Shown here: piece by piece, positions 10,801 through 20,567 of the stretch | Layout: the number at the start of each line of letters is the position of its first letter | Numbering within the stretch: the first letter of the stretch is position 1 | Origin: Desulfobacterales bacterium | GTDB taxonomy: Bacteria > Desulfobacterota > Desulfobacteria > Desulfobacterales > UBA2174 | Direction: 5' to 3' | DNA: 64,000 nt | Assembly (NCBI GenBank): GCA_963668645.2 | Contig: CAXXWC010000003.1 | Coordinates: 1-64,000, forward strand | Made by a program: the position numbers and the translations under genes | The notes under the pieces: model-generated | Database searches by the model: none | The model's input: only the letters and a program-made list of their open reading frames with translations | What the model was told of the DNA's origin: nothing

Positions 10801-11605
10801 TTAATAAAAGGTCATGGTCTCGAACAGGGCCGGACAGCGCAACCGGACCTGGGGATGGATCCTGCGGATGCGCGAGGCCAGCGCCTGCATCCTTGCAAAA
10901 CGAAAAGACACGACCAAGCCGTCCGGTCCCAGGGGTTTGAAAAAGTTGTCGTGATGAAAAAGGACAACGGTGGAAGGCCGGGTTGCGGCGATGATCTTCT
11001 CCGGATAGCCAAGGTCCGGTTCCATCCCGGCACGCAAAGAAAGAGCACATCGCAACGCTGGCCGGCCAAGGTCCGGTCGAAAAACCCGGCGCTTCCCACG
11101 TACAGAAAAACCCGGATCTTCGGCGCATAGACCTGCCCGACGCGAAAATCGGCGGCCTTCATCGGCGGCGGGGCCGGGAAACGATCCTTCCCGGATAGGG
11201 AATTCGGCCCAGCATCATCCGGCCGTGGACCGAGGGGAGCATGGTGATATCCAGCCGGTGGTCGATACGGATCTTTTCTCCTGGGGCACAGATGCGTACC
11301 CGATCCTTTAGGCCGTGGGCATCCATCAGGTTGGCCAGGCTCTGGCTGCCCAGCACCGGTGCACTGCACCGGGCCGCCACTGCCGACACATCCAGGGCGT
11401 GGTCGAAATGGGTGTGTCTGACCACGACGGCCTTAATCGGCTTCATGGCCCGGATATGCTTTTTGACCGCGGCGCAATCCGCCGCAAGGCGCCCCAAAAA
11501 GATCTTTCGCATCCCGGGCCGTGAAAAATAGGGATCGATCAGCACGGTGGCGTCCTCGCCAGAAAATTCAAGCCCGGCCGCACCGGTCCATCGCACCTGG
11601 ATCAT
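10801..11605 (-). pseudogene. MBL-fold metallo-hydrolase, frameshifted (at least 2 shifts)
   Basis: VLIDPYFSR and HTHFDH in ORF 11159-11605. The continuation (VGSAG...DVLFLCVPGW; FHHDNFF) lies in two other frames. Confidence 0.75.
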
Positions 11606-12153
11606 GGAGGGCTCCTGAGTATTTGAAAAAGATCCGTACCCGACTCCCGATCGCTGCAGACGTAACTGAAGCCGGATTTCATAAGCACCTTGACAGACGC
11701 AACGTTGGCAGGGGTTGTGTGGGCGACGATACGCTGTACGCGTGTGCCAGCGAACGCATTGGATACAAGGGCCTTGGACATTTCAGTCGCATACCCATGC
11801 CCGCGTGAAGATGGCATCATCGAAAAACCGATTTCGAGCTCGCCCTTTTCGTCTGGTGGGCCGAAATAGCCCCCTGCCCCCACCAATGTTGAGAGTTGGC
11901 TATCTTCTTTTCGCCGGACCGCGTACCAAACATACCACCCGACAGCCGATTTGCCGCATTCCTTCAGACGAGAGCAGAAAAACTCCTGTGCCCCCCGGTC
12001 ATAATCCCCAGGCGGCCATCCTGGCTCTACCCGCGTTCCCAACAACCGCGCCAAATGTTGAGGGGATTCCATTTCTGCACAGATGTGCTCGAATGTCGCG
12101 GCGGTTAAAACAAGCCGGTTCGTCTCAAGTCTGCCACACTTCCGTTCTTCCAC
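11602..12153 (-). CDS. GNAT N-acetyltransferase (RimJ/RimL-like)
   Basis: Motifs LETNRLVL, ELEIGFS...RGHGYATE and NVASVKVLMKSGF. GTG at 12153 follows GAGG. Confidence 0.8.
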   Translation of the reverse strand: MEERKCGRLETNRLVLTAATFEHICAEMESPQHLARLLGTRVEPGWPPGDYDRGAQEFFCSRLKECGKSAVGWYVWYAVRRKEDSQLSTLVGAGGYFGPPDEKGELEIGFSMMPSSRGHGYATEMSKALVSNAFAGTRVQRIVAHTTPANVASVKVLMKSGFSYVCSDRESGTDLFQILRSPP

Positions 12154-12290
12154 TCTGCATTGTCCTCTTGTCGATCTGTGACTGATAAGATCGATTCGGT
12201 GGTGTTTGGCTTGAACACCGCACATTACAACAAATCCATTGGCGTTCCTATCAGGGGGCCTTGGGAAATGCGTTGATGCGAGCCAAGGTT

Positions 12291-12941
12291 TCACACCTGC
12301 CGCTGAAGCCAGACCACCCGGCCCAGGATCCGCACGCTGGCCGCGGCCGAATCGATCAGCACCGTCTCGTAGGCCCGGTTGTCGCTGATCAGGGCAAGCT
12401 GGCCAGGACGCTTTTCCAGCCGTTTGACCATGATGGTATCGTCGATGCCCACCGCAAAGATCCCGCCGGCTACTATAGCGGTCTGGCTCTGGTCGATCAT
12501 CACCGTATCGCCGGCCCTGATGCCCGGTTCCATGCTGTCGCCGGAAACCTCCATCATCACCAGGTCCGCAGCCGGCCCGAGCCCCTGGAGCTGGGCCCGG
12601 CTGAACGGCATCACATCTTTGGCTTGGCTGCCGGTCTCGAACGATCCTCCCCCGGCGCTGAGTCGGGCCTCGACCCGCGGGATCCAGATCAGATCGTCCC
12701 CGCCCATCGAGCGCGGATCGTTTCTGCCGGTCATCAGCCAGTTGGCATCCAAATCAAAGGCTTCGGCCAGCTTGTAAACCCACTGGCGCGGCACCGCTCC
12801 TTTGCGCTTGGCCTGGCTTATGGCCGAACGGTGGATGCCCAGGACGCCGGCCAACTGGTTCTGCGAACCGATGCGTGTGCCCTTTTCCACCCGCCGCATA
12901 AAGGCGTCGAAACTCATCCGATCCTCTCGATCCGAGACCAT
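12291..12941 (-). CDS. CI/LexA-like repressor (HTH + S24 peptidase), copy 1
   Basis: Phage-CI-type HTH (SQNQLAGVLGIHRSAISQAK), Ala-Gly cleavage site (LSAGGG), catalytic Ser (GDSMEP) and Lys (MVKRL). 216 aa; AGGAG RBS. Confidence 0.88.
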   Translation of the reverse strand: MVSDREDRMSFDAFMRRVEKGTRIGSQNQLAGVLGIHRSAISQAKRKGAVPRQWVYKLAEAFDLDANWLMTGRNDPRSMGGDDLIWIPRVEARLSAGGGSFETGSQAKDVMPFSRAQLQGLGPAADLVMMEVSGDSMEPGIRAGDTVMIDQSQTAIVAGGIFAVGIDDTIMVKRLEKRPGQLALISDNRAYETVLIDSAAASVRILGRVVWLQRQV

Positions 12942-12959
12942 CTGTGGCTCCTTTCTACG

Positions 12960-13576
12960 GAAATGGTGTTGATCGACCTCAACATCCTTGCCCTGCAAGT
13001 AACGGCACTCCATGAGCCGCAGCCCCGCTCCGTAGAGCAGGCCCGCCATCAGCCACAATAGCAACCAGTGACTAAACGGCGTCTCAGCCCGCCATGCGGC
13101 TCTGCAACCGGTTTCAAAACTGCTCACACATGCACCAATATGATGCGCTTTTCGAAATCTGCCGCGCCTTGTATGCCAACCCGATGCTTGTTTAACCGAT
13201 GGCTGATTAGTGTTGAAAATTTGCCACCAAGTGTCAACTTTCACCCAGGAGAGCACCACTGGCAATCTTTGTGGCCTCTTGGCCCGTTCGGAACTGATTT
13301 TCCCCTTGATTTCCATATTAAGGGCATGTTTGTATTAGGAACATAAGAGCGAAAAGCGGCCTGATTCTGGGTAGTGGCGGCACCCTGGCCCTGCACATCC
13401 AGAGGGGGTCAGGAAACGTTCGACTTCCGCAGTGCCCATGCCCTTGGGGTGCTTTTTGCCATAAAACAGAATATAGCGCCTGATCCAGTCAAAGTAGCCT
13501 TGTTACGGGTCGAATAATGTTTTCTCCTTATGACATCTCTTCCTTGATCGACAAGCTGTTGTGGAGGTCGACCCAC
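12960..13576 (-). pseudogene. intI: Integron integrase remnant, copy 1 (frameshifted, C-terminally truncated)
   Basis: Fragments GRPPQQLVDQGRDVIRRKHYS, RAKRPQRLPVVLS and WLMAGLLYGAGLRLMEC lie in different frames, with ~170 bp of unrelated sequence inside. Confidence 0.8.
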
Positions 13577-13808
13577 ATGGTGGACCGCCTTGTTTGATGA
13601 TTGCAGTAGCGAAAATAGTGCAACATATATAAACGTCATGTCAACATGTATTTTGCAACACCTCAATATTTATATTTGCTTTACAAGCATCATACTCTAT
13701 ATCTGGCTCATCACTTGTAGGATATTTTTGAAATCGCAGCCTTTATCGAAGCCCGGTATAACCCGACAAAAGTGGCGGCTTAACCTATCGATTTAATGGC
13801 ATGTTCGA

Positions 13809-16259
13809 TTGGCAGCCATAAATATTGTGGAATCCCAACCCAATAGCCGTACGCGCGGTGCAAAGATGGCGTCGACTTCCAGGCCGCTGTTACCCTCAGC
13901 TCTCTTACCGATCAGCGAAAGCAAACAGGCGAAAAATACCCTGCAGGAGTCGGAAATGAAATACCGTTCACTGGTGGATCTATCGCTTCTTGGCATTATC
14001 ATCGTCCAGGATGGATGCATTCGTTACGCGAACAGGATGATTGCAGAAAAGGGAGGCTACAGCACCGATGAGTTGATGACCCTGTCACCAGCCGAAGTAG
14101 TCCAGTTGATCCATCCCGAGGACCGGGAAATCGTCTGGAACCGTATGCTGAGTCGTCTCTCCGGGAAACAGGAGCCGGCACGCAACGAATGCCGTTTATT
14201 GGCTAAGGACGGTACGGTCTATTGGGTCGATGTGCATACGAATATCATTGAGTATTCAGGCAGGCCCGCCGTACAAATGTGCATCGTCGATATCACCGAG
14301 CGCAAGCTGGCTGAGGAAGCGCTGCGTCATAGTGAAGCGCAACTGTCCAACGCCATGAACATCGCGAAGCTGGGATACTGGGAGTACGATGTAGTCGAAA
14401 ATATGTTTAATTTCAACGATCACTTTTACGCGATTTTTCGCACGTCGGCTGAGAAAGTCGGAGGTTATAAGCTGTCGCCGGATCGTTACGCTGAACTTTT
14501 CTTGCACCCGGACGATATGCCGATAGTCGCTGATGAGGTAAAAAAAGCCCTTGAAACCACCGATCCCCACTACAGCCGTCAGTTCGAGCATCGCATTATC
14601 TATGCCGACGGCCAAGCCGGTTACATCTCTGTACGGTTCTTCGTTGTCAAAGACAATCAGGGACGCACCATAAAAACCTACGGCGCGAATCAGGATATCA
14701 CCGAACGCAAGCAGAGGGAGGAAGCGCTGCGCGAAAGCGAGAGTAAATACAGAACCCTGGTTGAGAACATCCCACAGAGGATATTCACCAAAGACAAAGA
14801 CTCGGTCTATCTGTCGTGCAACGAAAACTTTGCGCGGGACATAGCCATCACACCCGATCAGCTCGCCGGGAAAACCGATTACGACTTTTTCCCCAGGAAG
14901 TTGGCGGACAAATATCGCGCAGACGACAGCCGCATCCTGGAGACGGGGCAGACGGAAGCGATAGAGGAAAAGTACTCCCCCGCCGGACAGGAAATCTGGA
15001 TACAGACGATCAAGACCCCCATTCGGCAGGAGGATGGGAGGATTGTTGGCCTGTTGGGCGTCTTTTGGGACATCACCGCGCGCAAGCGTGCCGAGGTGGA
15101 AAGGGAGAAGCTGCAGGCGCAATTGAACCAGGCCCAGAAGATGGAAGCTGTAGGACGGCTTGCCGGTGGGGTAGCTCACGATTACAACAATATCCTCAGT
15201 GTCATTATCGGTTACTCCGAACTGGCCATGGACAAAGTGTTAGCGGAAGATCCGCTGCGCAAAGACTTGAATGAAATCCATAGCGCCGCCAACCGCTCAA
15301 AGGACATTACGCGGCAGTTGCTGGCCTTTGCCAGAAAGGGAACCATAGCGCCAGAAGTTATGGATCTGAATTCAACCGTGAAAAATATGCTCAATATTCT
15401 GCGAAAACTCATCGGCGAAGACATCGACTTGGTCTGGCATCCGGGAAAGGTTCCTGGGCCGGTGCTGATGGACCCGTCCCAACTCGATCAGATTCTGGTC
15501 AACCTGTGCATCAATGCCCGCGACGCCATCACCGATATCGGCAGGATCACCATCGAAACGGGCACGGCGACCATCGACGCAGATTATTGTGCCGAGCATG
15601 CGGAGTTTATACCCGGCGAATTCGTCCTCCTGGGTGTCAGCGACGACGGCTGTGGAATGGACCGCGATACGGTGGAGCATATCTTCGAACCGTTCTTTAC
15701 CACCAAGGGCGTGGGAAAGGGAACCGGCCTTGGATTGTCTACGGTTTACGGCATTATCAAGCAAAACAATGGATTCATCAATGTTTACAGTGAGCCGAAC
15801 CGCGGCACGACGTTCAGGATCTACCTGCCCAGACATTCGGGCGATATCTCCGAAAAACCAAGGACAATCGATGAGCAAATTGTCAACGGCGGCGGTGAAA
15901 CGGTGCTGGTGGTCGAAGACGAAATAGCGATCTTGAAACTGACCGGACGAATCCTTTCGCGTTACAGCTACAATGTGTTGTTGGCCCAAAGCCCTTCAGA
16001 AGCACTCAAAGTTGCCCAAGCACATTCAGGAAAAATCTCCTTGCTCATCACCGATGTTGTCATGCCTGAAATGAACGGCCGGGAATTGGCCAACCGATTG
16101 AAAATACTTTACCCGGAGATCAAGTGCTTATTTATGTCCGGTTACACTGCCAACGTCATCGCGCACCGGGGTGTGCTCGACGAAGGCATAGCGTTTATCC
16201 AAAAGCCTTTTTCAACCAAAGACCTGGCCGTCAAAGTCAGGGAGGCCTTGGAGAAGTAA
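13809..16259 (+). CDS. Hybrid sensor histidine kinase (three PAS/PAC, HisKA, HATPase, REC); start uncertain, probably 5'-truncated
   Basis: DITERK PAC ends, AHDYNN H-box, [29 protein letters not shown], and a REC domain ([20 protein letters not shown]). Confidence 0.92.
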   Translation: MAAINIVESQPNSRTRGAKMASTSRPLLPSALLPISESKQAKNTLQESEMKYRSLVDLSLLGIIIVQDGCIRYANRMIAEKGGYSTDELMTLSPAEVVQLIHPEDREIVWNRMLSRLSGKQEPARNECRLLAKDGTVYWVDVHTNIIEYSGRPAVQMCIVDITERKLAEEALRHSEAQLSNAMNIAKLGYWEYDVVENMFNFNDHFYAIFRTSAEKVGGYKLSPDRYAELFLHPDDMPIVADEVKKALETTDPHYSRQFEHRIIYADGQAGYISVRFFVVKDNQGRTIKTYGANQDITERKQREEALRESESKYRTLVENIPQRIFTKDKDSVYLSCNENFARDIAITPDQLAGKTDYDFFPRKLADKYRADDSRILETGQTEAIEEKYSPAGQEIWIQTIKTPIRQEDGRIVGLLGVFWDITARKRAEVEREKLQAQLNQAQKMEAVGRLAGGVAHDYNNILSVIIGYSELAMDKVLAEDPLRKDLNEIHSAANRSKDITRQLLAFARKGTIAPEVMDLNSTVKNMLNILRKLIGEDIDLVWHPGKVPGPVLMDPSQLDQILVNLCINARDAITDIGRITIETGTATIDADYCAEHAEFIPGEFVLLGVSDDGCGMDRDTVEHIFEPFFTTKGVGKGTGLGLSTVYGIIKQNNGFINVYSEPNRGTTFRIYLPRHSGDISEKPRTIDEQIVNGGGETVLVVEDEIAILKLTGRILSRYSYNVLLAQSPSEALKVAQAHSGKISLLITDVVMPEMNGRELANRLKILYPEIKCLFMSGYTANVIAHRGVLDEGIAFIQKPFSTKDLAVKVREALEK

Positions 16260-16363
16260 ATCGGGGAAGGGAGAAGTTTCTCTATCCCCTCAGCAGACCA
16301 CATAGCATGCGGGTCTACCCCAAGGGCACTTCCGATGGGCGATAGGCGGTTCGCAATACTTAC

Positions 16364-16454
16364 CGGGTCGTGAAAAGTAATGATCGATCAGGACGGTGGC
16401 ATCATCGTATGAAAATTCAAGCCCGGCCGCGCTGGTCCATCGCACCTGAATCAT
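16364..16454 (-). pseudogene. Second, truncated copy of the MBL hydrolase 5' end
   Basis: Reads MIQVRWTSAAGLEFSYDDATVLIDHYFSRPG, nearly identical to the N-terminus of the 11605 gene. Homology stops at 16364, next to an IS66-end-like GTAAGTATTGCGAACC on the minus strand. Confidence 0.8.
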
Positions 16455-16469
16455 GTCGACACTTTTTTC

Positions 16470-16496
16470 GTCATTCCGGGCCTGACCCGGAATCCA
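16470..16496. repeat. REP-like palindromic element
   Basis: GTCATTCCGGGCCTGACCCGGAATCCA forms an ATTCCGGG/CCCGGAAT hairpin. Confidence 0.55.
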
Positions 16497-16524
16497 TTTT
16501 TCAAGCCGCTACAGCCCAATCCCC

Positions 16525-17175
16525 TCACACCCGCCGCTGAAGCCAGACCACCCGGCCCAGGATGCGCACGCTGGCCGCGGCCGAATCGACCAGCACCGTC
16601 TCGTAGGCCCGGTTGTCGCTGATCAGGGCCAGCTGGCCGGGCCGCTTTTCCAGCCGTTTGACCATGATGGTATCGTCGATGTCCACCGCAAAGATCCCGC
16701 CGGCCACCACCGCGATCTGGCTCCGGTCGATCATCACCGTGTCGCCGGCCCGGATGCCAGGCTCCATGCTGTCGCCTGAAACCTCCATCATCACCAGGTC
16801 CGCGGCCGGCCCGAGCCCCTGGAGCCGGGCCCGGCTGAAGGGCATCGCGTCCTTGGCCTGGCTGCCGGTTTCGAACGACCCGCCCCCCGCGCTGAGCCGG
16901 GCCTCGACCCGCGGCACCCAAATCAGATCGTCCCCGCCCATCGAACGCGGATCGCTTCTGCCGGTCATCAGCCAGTTCGCATCCAGGTCGAAGGCCTCGG
17001 CCAGCTTGTAAACCCACTGGCGCGGTACTGCTCCCTTTCGCTTGGCCTGGCTGATCGCCGAACGGTGGATGCCCAGGGCGCCGGCAAGCTGGTTCTGCGA
17101 ACGGATGCGGGCGCCCTTTTCCACCCGCTTCATGAAGGCATCGAAATTCATCCGGTCATCCCGATCCGAGACCAT
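16525..17175 (-). CDS. CI/LexA-like repressor (HTH + S24 peptidase), copy 2
   Basis: Same length (216 aa) and near-identical sequence to copy 1; AG site, Ser and Lys intact. Confidence 0.9.
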   Translation of the reverse strand: MVSDRDDRMNFDAFMKRVEKGARIRSQNQLAGALGIHRSAISQAKRKGAVPRQWVYKLAEAFDLDANWLMTGRSDPRSMGGDDLIWVPRVEARLSAGGGSFETGSQAKDAMPFSRARLQGLGPAADLVMMEVSGDSMEPGIRAGDTVMIDRSQIAVVAGGIFAVDIDDTIMVKRLEKRPGQLALISDNRAYETVLVDSAAASVRILGRVVWLQRRV

Positions 17176-17681
17176 CTGCGGCTCCTTTCACCTGAAATGG
17201 GTTGCACCACATGCTGATGTTGATAAAAGTCAACATCTTTGACCCGCAACCGAACGCATTCCATCAGTCGCAGTCCGGCACCGTAAAGCAGCCCAGCCAT
17301 AAGCCAGTAAATGCCCTTAAGGTGGACCATCACCTGATCGACCTCAGCCCTGGAAAGCACCATCGGCAGGCGTTTGGGCCGCTTGGCGCGCTGGGCGTCG
17401 ATTTTTTGGTTGATTTCTAGGTTCAAGACGTGCTTATAGAGAAACACCAAAGCGCAGAGAGCCTGATTCTGGGTGGATGCCGCCACATTGCCGTCAACCG
17501 CCAGATAGGTCAGGAACCGCTCGATTTCCGCAGCTCCCATGTCCTTGGGGTGCTTCTTGTCATGAAACAGGATATAGCGCCTGATCCAGTCGCAGTAGGT
17601 CGCCTCGGTGCGGATGGAGTAGTGCTTGCGCCGGACGGTGTCCCGGACCTGATCGAGCAGTTTTCGGGGAGGTCGTTCCAT
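17148..17681 (-). pseudogene. intI: Integron integrase, N-terminal half only
   Basis: [66 protein letters not shown] and LLYGAGLRLMECVRLRVKDVDF are typical of IntI. The protein ends before the HxxRH and catalytic Tyr region. Confidence 0.92.
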
Positions 17682-17718
17682 GGAGTGCCTCCTTTCTTAT
17701 CGGATAGTGTTTATGAGC

Positions 17719-17747
17719 ATCTGTACAAAAGATCAACAATATGTCAA
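17719..17747 (-). promoter_or_regulatory. Candidate sigma70 promoter for intI
   Basis: Minus strand reads TTGACA-N16/17-TACAGAT. A TTGACA lies at the equivalent position upstream of intI copy 1. Confidence 0.4.
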
Positions 17748-17963
17748 CAATTAAGTGCATATCTGCTTGATATATCTATCTATACAAAACATTTCGTCGG
17801 TTCCCTGAACCTCTTACAATGCATGACGGCTAATTCATTGGGGCCGGCAATTGACGGCCAAATCGCTACCGGCGCCAAGAGACGCCTAATTCGATACGCA
17901 CGAACAGCATATCCCATTGATATTTTGTGGTATGCTGGCGTTATCGGTGAAGACACTCTAAAA

Positions 17964-17996
17964 TGGACGCCAATTGGCGTCCAATAATTGTTAGGC
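17964..17996 (+). other. attI-like integron recombination site
   Basis: Core GTTAGGC at 17990-17996 lies just before the first cassette gene, divergent from intI. It is complementary to the R'' (GCCTAAC) of the first attC and is preceded by a perfect 20-bp palindrome. Confidence 0.78.
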
Positions 17997-18009
17997 AAGG
18001 AAAAAAACT

Positions 18010-19245
18010 ATGTTTACAAAGGCATTATACTATCCTTGGATTGACATTCATAATGAAGACTGGCTCAAAACTGCTGCTCTTTATTGGGCAAAGCTTCACA
18101 CTATAGTTCCAGAATCCATAGATGCTCCTTACACTTCTGACTCTGCGAAGATTATGCAAGATGCAAAAATTTTAGAACCGATACGCGTCCATTCGCGAAT
18201 GCGTGAACTGGAAGATATTGTTCCAGAGGTTTTAGGCTATTTAAAAACTGATGAGGGATTACGAGTGTTAATGTATGACCATCAAGGTCGATCATTAATT
18301 CACCCTGAAAAGCTTTCATACGCCTTACGAGACAGATTGGACATTGGTAGACTTCATCCTGATAAAATGAATTATGAATTGCGCGAAAATATAACAAGGG
18401 ATCTACCATACGCAAAAATTTCAAAAGACGGTTGGTTAGAAATGCCTACTGCGTTTGCAAATTTTTATATGACGCTACTTGCCAACAAACTTTGTGCTAC
18501 AAAAGGTTTCGCTGTTGTTTCAGATTATTCACTTTATGATCAATTCACACTAAGAATTAAGAATGGGAGGACACCTGCAAATCATTTTCTTAGTTGTCCA
18601 AGCTGCGGTATGCATTTTAGTGAAAATGAAGATATGTATATTGCCTTGGAGGGAAGATGTCCTCAATGCGGTGAAAGAATAATGCGACGGAGTGGACCTT
18701 GGAATAGATTGAAGAGGCGATATTTTGATAGGCATGCACCTCAAACTGAGGCATTGGCTGATGGAATTCTGGCGCAAATAGTATTAGGTAGTGTCTGCAT
18801 TAGGAGCGATGTTCGAATAGATAGAATAATTGAGTTCAGAGAAAAACATAAAGATTCATTTGATGGTTTCAGAGGGGCTATTCAAGAACTGGTGACCACA
18901 CTTTATGAATCTAATAACATCGAGACATTGGAGGCTTTAAGAGAAAGACTGAAAAGCATACATACGAATAAAATCAAACCTCATATTGAAATGATAGAAA
19001 GAAAACTGAATGAAAGTTTAATCTCAACAGTTGCAGGAGATTTCTCCATTTCCGGCATGGCTTCCATGTTGGGTCTGGGTTCTGGGGTTGCTACATTTCC
19101 AATTATTGGACACTATGCTTTATTGGCAGGGGCAGGCATTTCTGTTGTTGCTGGAAGTTACATGTACTCAAAACGTAAAAGAGAGCTTCGGGATGATCCT
19201 TTTTCGTATGTACTCTCAGTTAAAAGTGAATTGGGCTATGCCTAA
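18010..19245 (+). CDS. Cassette 1: DUF6236-like protein with an inserted zinc ribbon
   Basis: N-terminus ALYYPWIDI..EDWLKTAALYW.KLHTIVP; CPSCG...CPQCG insert; C-terminal hydrophobic hairpin. Stop codon lies inside attC R''. Confidence 0.6.
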   Translation: MFTKALYYPWIDIHNEDWLKTAALYWAKLHTIVPESIDAPYTSDSAKIMQDAKILEPIRVHSRMRELEDIVPEVLGYLKTDEGLRVLMYDHQGRSLIHPEKLSYALRDRLDIGRLHPDKMNYELRENITRDLPYAKISKDGWLEMPTAFANFYMTLLANKLCATKGFAVVSDYSLYDQFTLRIKNGRTPANHFLSCPSCGMHFSENEDMYIALEGRCPQCGERIMRRSGPWNRLKRRYFDRHAPQTEALADGILAQIVLGSVCIRSDVRIDRIIEFREKHKDSFDGFRGAIQELVTTLYESNNIETLEALRERLKSIHTNKIKPHIEMIERKLNESLISTVAGDFSISGMASMLGLGSGVATFPIIGHYALLAGAGISVVAGSYMYSKRKRELRDDPFSYVLSVKSELGYA

Positions 19246-19299
19246 CAAGGCTACTGCAGCCGAAGCAAAAAGCCGCGCGGCTGAGTAGCAGCGTTAGCC
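19240..19299 (+). other. attC site 1
   Basis: GCCTAAC-aagg-CTACTGCAGCCG ... CGGCTGAGTAG-cagc-GTTAGCC, an imperfect palindrome with an extrahelical base. Confidence 0.92.
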
Positions 19300-19319
19300 C
19301 AATTATAGGAAGATTCTAA

Positions 19320-20564
19320 GTGAAAAATCGTTATTTTTATTTCAATATATTCTTTGTTTCTCACAACATCGCTAAGATATATCACTTAATGGATATTTTT
19401 GATAGGCTTCAAGTTCCCTTGAGAACATATAAGTCTAAAATCAGAGAATATAGCGAAAGTTATAACAAATCACCAGATGAGGCATTGCTCCATAGTATAG
19501 AAGCCGTTAAAAGTGACTTGGGTCACTTAGGAATGTTTTTTATAGAGGACAGCACGATTACTATAAATGCGTTATCTACAAACACAAAAACAATTCCTGG
19601 GTTGGCCACAAAAGAATTTTTTAAAAAATATGATTTTGATAGCATTGACAGAATGATCAAAGCGCATGGTAACGACAGAACGGTCACAATAAGCTCTAAA
19701 CTATGTTTAAATATTCCAGGAAGCGTTGAGCCGGAAATATTTTCTGCTACATTGGATGGAATATTTTTAGAAAATCAATATCAAGCAACCACAGAAGAAG
19801 CGCCAGTTTGGATCAACAATACACCATTTGCATCATATTTTGTCCCAGACGGGAAGGACAAACCTTTTATTCAGCTACCGGAAAAAGAGTTATATGAGAT
19901 TGATATACGGTTTGAGGCTGCGAAAAAACTCATTTTCAGATTAAGGCAGTTTTCTGCAATTTATGAAAACAGATTACTATTCATAAGAAACAAGACGGTA
20001 GTAAAAGAATCATATCAAGGCAGACTATTCAAGCCCACACTTATAATTATTAGTGGATATTCTTCATCTGGAAAGACAACAGTAAGTTCATATTTAAAAA
20101 CAAAATTTAACCTTGATCATATAGAAGAAAGCTCCGTTGTGACTTCAGAAATATCGTTGTTTTCGAATCAAGAACGGAAAACTTCTATAGATAAAACTAT
20201 CGAAAAATTCGGCCCGTTGCACTTTATTAAAAAGGCATTAGAAGGCATACATCTACATAGAAACAACCCATTATGCATATCAGGCGTTCGAACATTAGTT
20301 GAAGTTGACTATATAAAAAAACATTATCCATTCTCGGTGTTGTTGTATATCGACGGCCATCTTGAGTTATTTAGCATGAGGCACCGAAAAAAATGCCTGC
20401 GCAATAAAAACCTTGAAGGTGATTATCAGAAGCTAATTAAAAATGAATTTCAATGGGGAATGGAATCGATAAAACAAAATGCAGACTACATTATTAACAA
20501 TAATTGCAACTTTGAGCTTCTTTTCTATCATATAGACGAATTTTATAATTCTATCATGGGATAA
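19320..20564 (+). CDS. Cassette 2 gene A: HAM1/ITPase-like domain fused to a P-loop NMP-kinase-like domain
   Basis: HAM1 landmarks: FVSHNIAK, FFIEDSTITINAL, PGLATK, DRTVTI, FSATLDG, FASYFVPDGKDKPF.QL...DIRFEAAKKL. Kinase landmarks: IIISGYSSSGKTT, ISGVRTLVEV, EFQWGM...ADYIINN. Confidence 0.75.
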   Translation: MKNRYFYFNIFFVSHNIAKIYHLMDIFDRLQVPLRTYKSKIREYSESYNKSPDEALLHSIEAVKSDLGHLGMFFIEDSTITINALSTNTKTIPGLATKEFFKKYDFDSIDRMIKAHGNDRTVTISSKLCLNIPGSVEPEIFSATLDGIFLENQYQATTEEAPVWINNTPFASYFVPDGKDKPFIQLPEKELYEIDIRFEAAKKLIFRLRQFSAIYENRLLFIRNKTVVKESYQGRLFKPTLIIISGYSSSGKTTVSSYLKTKFNLDHIEESSVVTSEISLFSNQERKTSIDKTIEKFGPLHFIKKALEGIHLHRNNPLCISGVRTLVEVDYIKKHYPFSVLLYIDGHLELFSMRHRKKCLRNKNLEGDYQKLIKNEFQWGMESIKQNADYIINNNCNFELLFYHIDEFYNSIMG

Positions 20565-20567
20565 ATA

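Noticed and set aside
12291..13316. 341-aa ORF as a genuine integrase-repressor fusion protein
   Set aside because: The upstream part is a patchwork of decayed intI and unrelated sequence. The repressor has its own RBS/ATG at 12941, and copy 2 is not fused in frame.
17700..17760. LexA (SOS) box in the intI promoter
   Set aside because: CTGTACAAAAGATCAA does not complete the CTGT-N8-ACAG pattern, and the LexA motif of this host is unknown to me.
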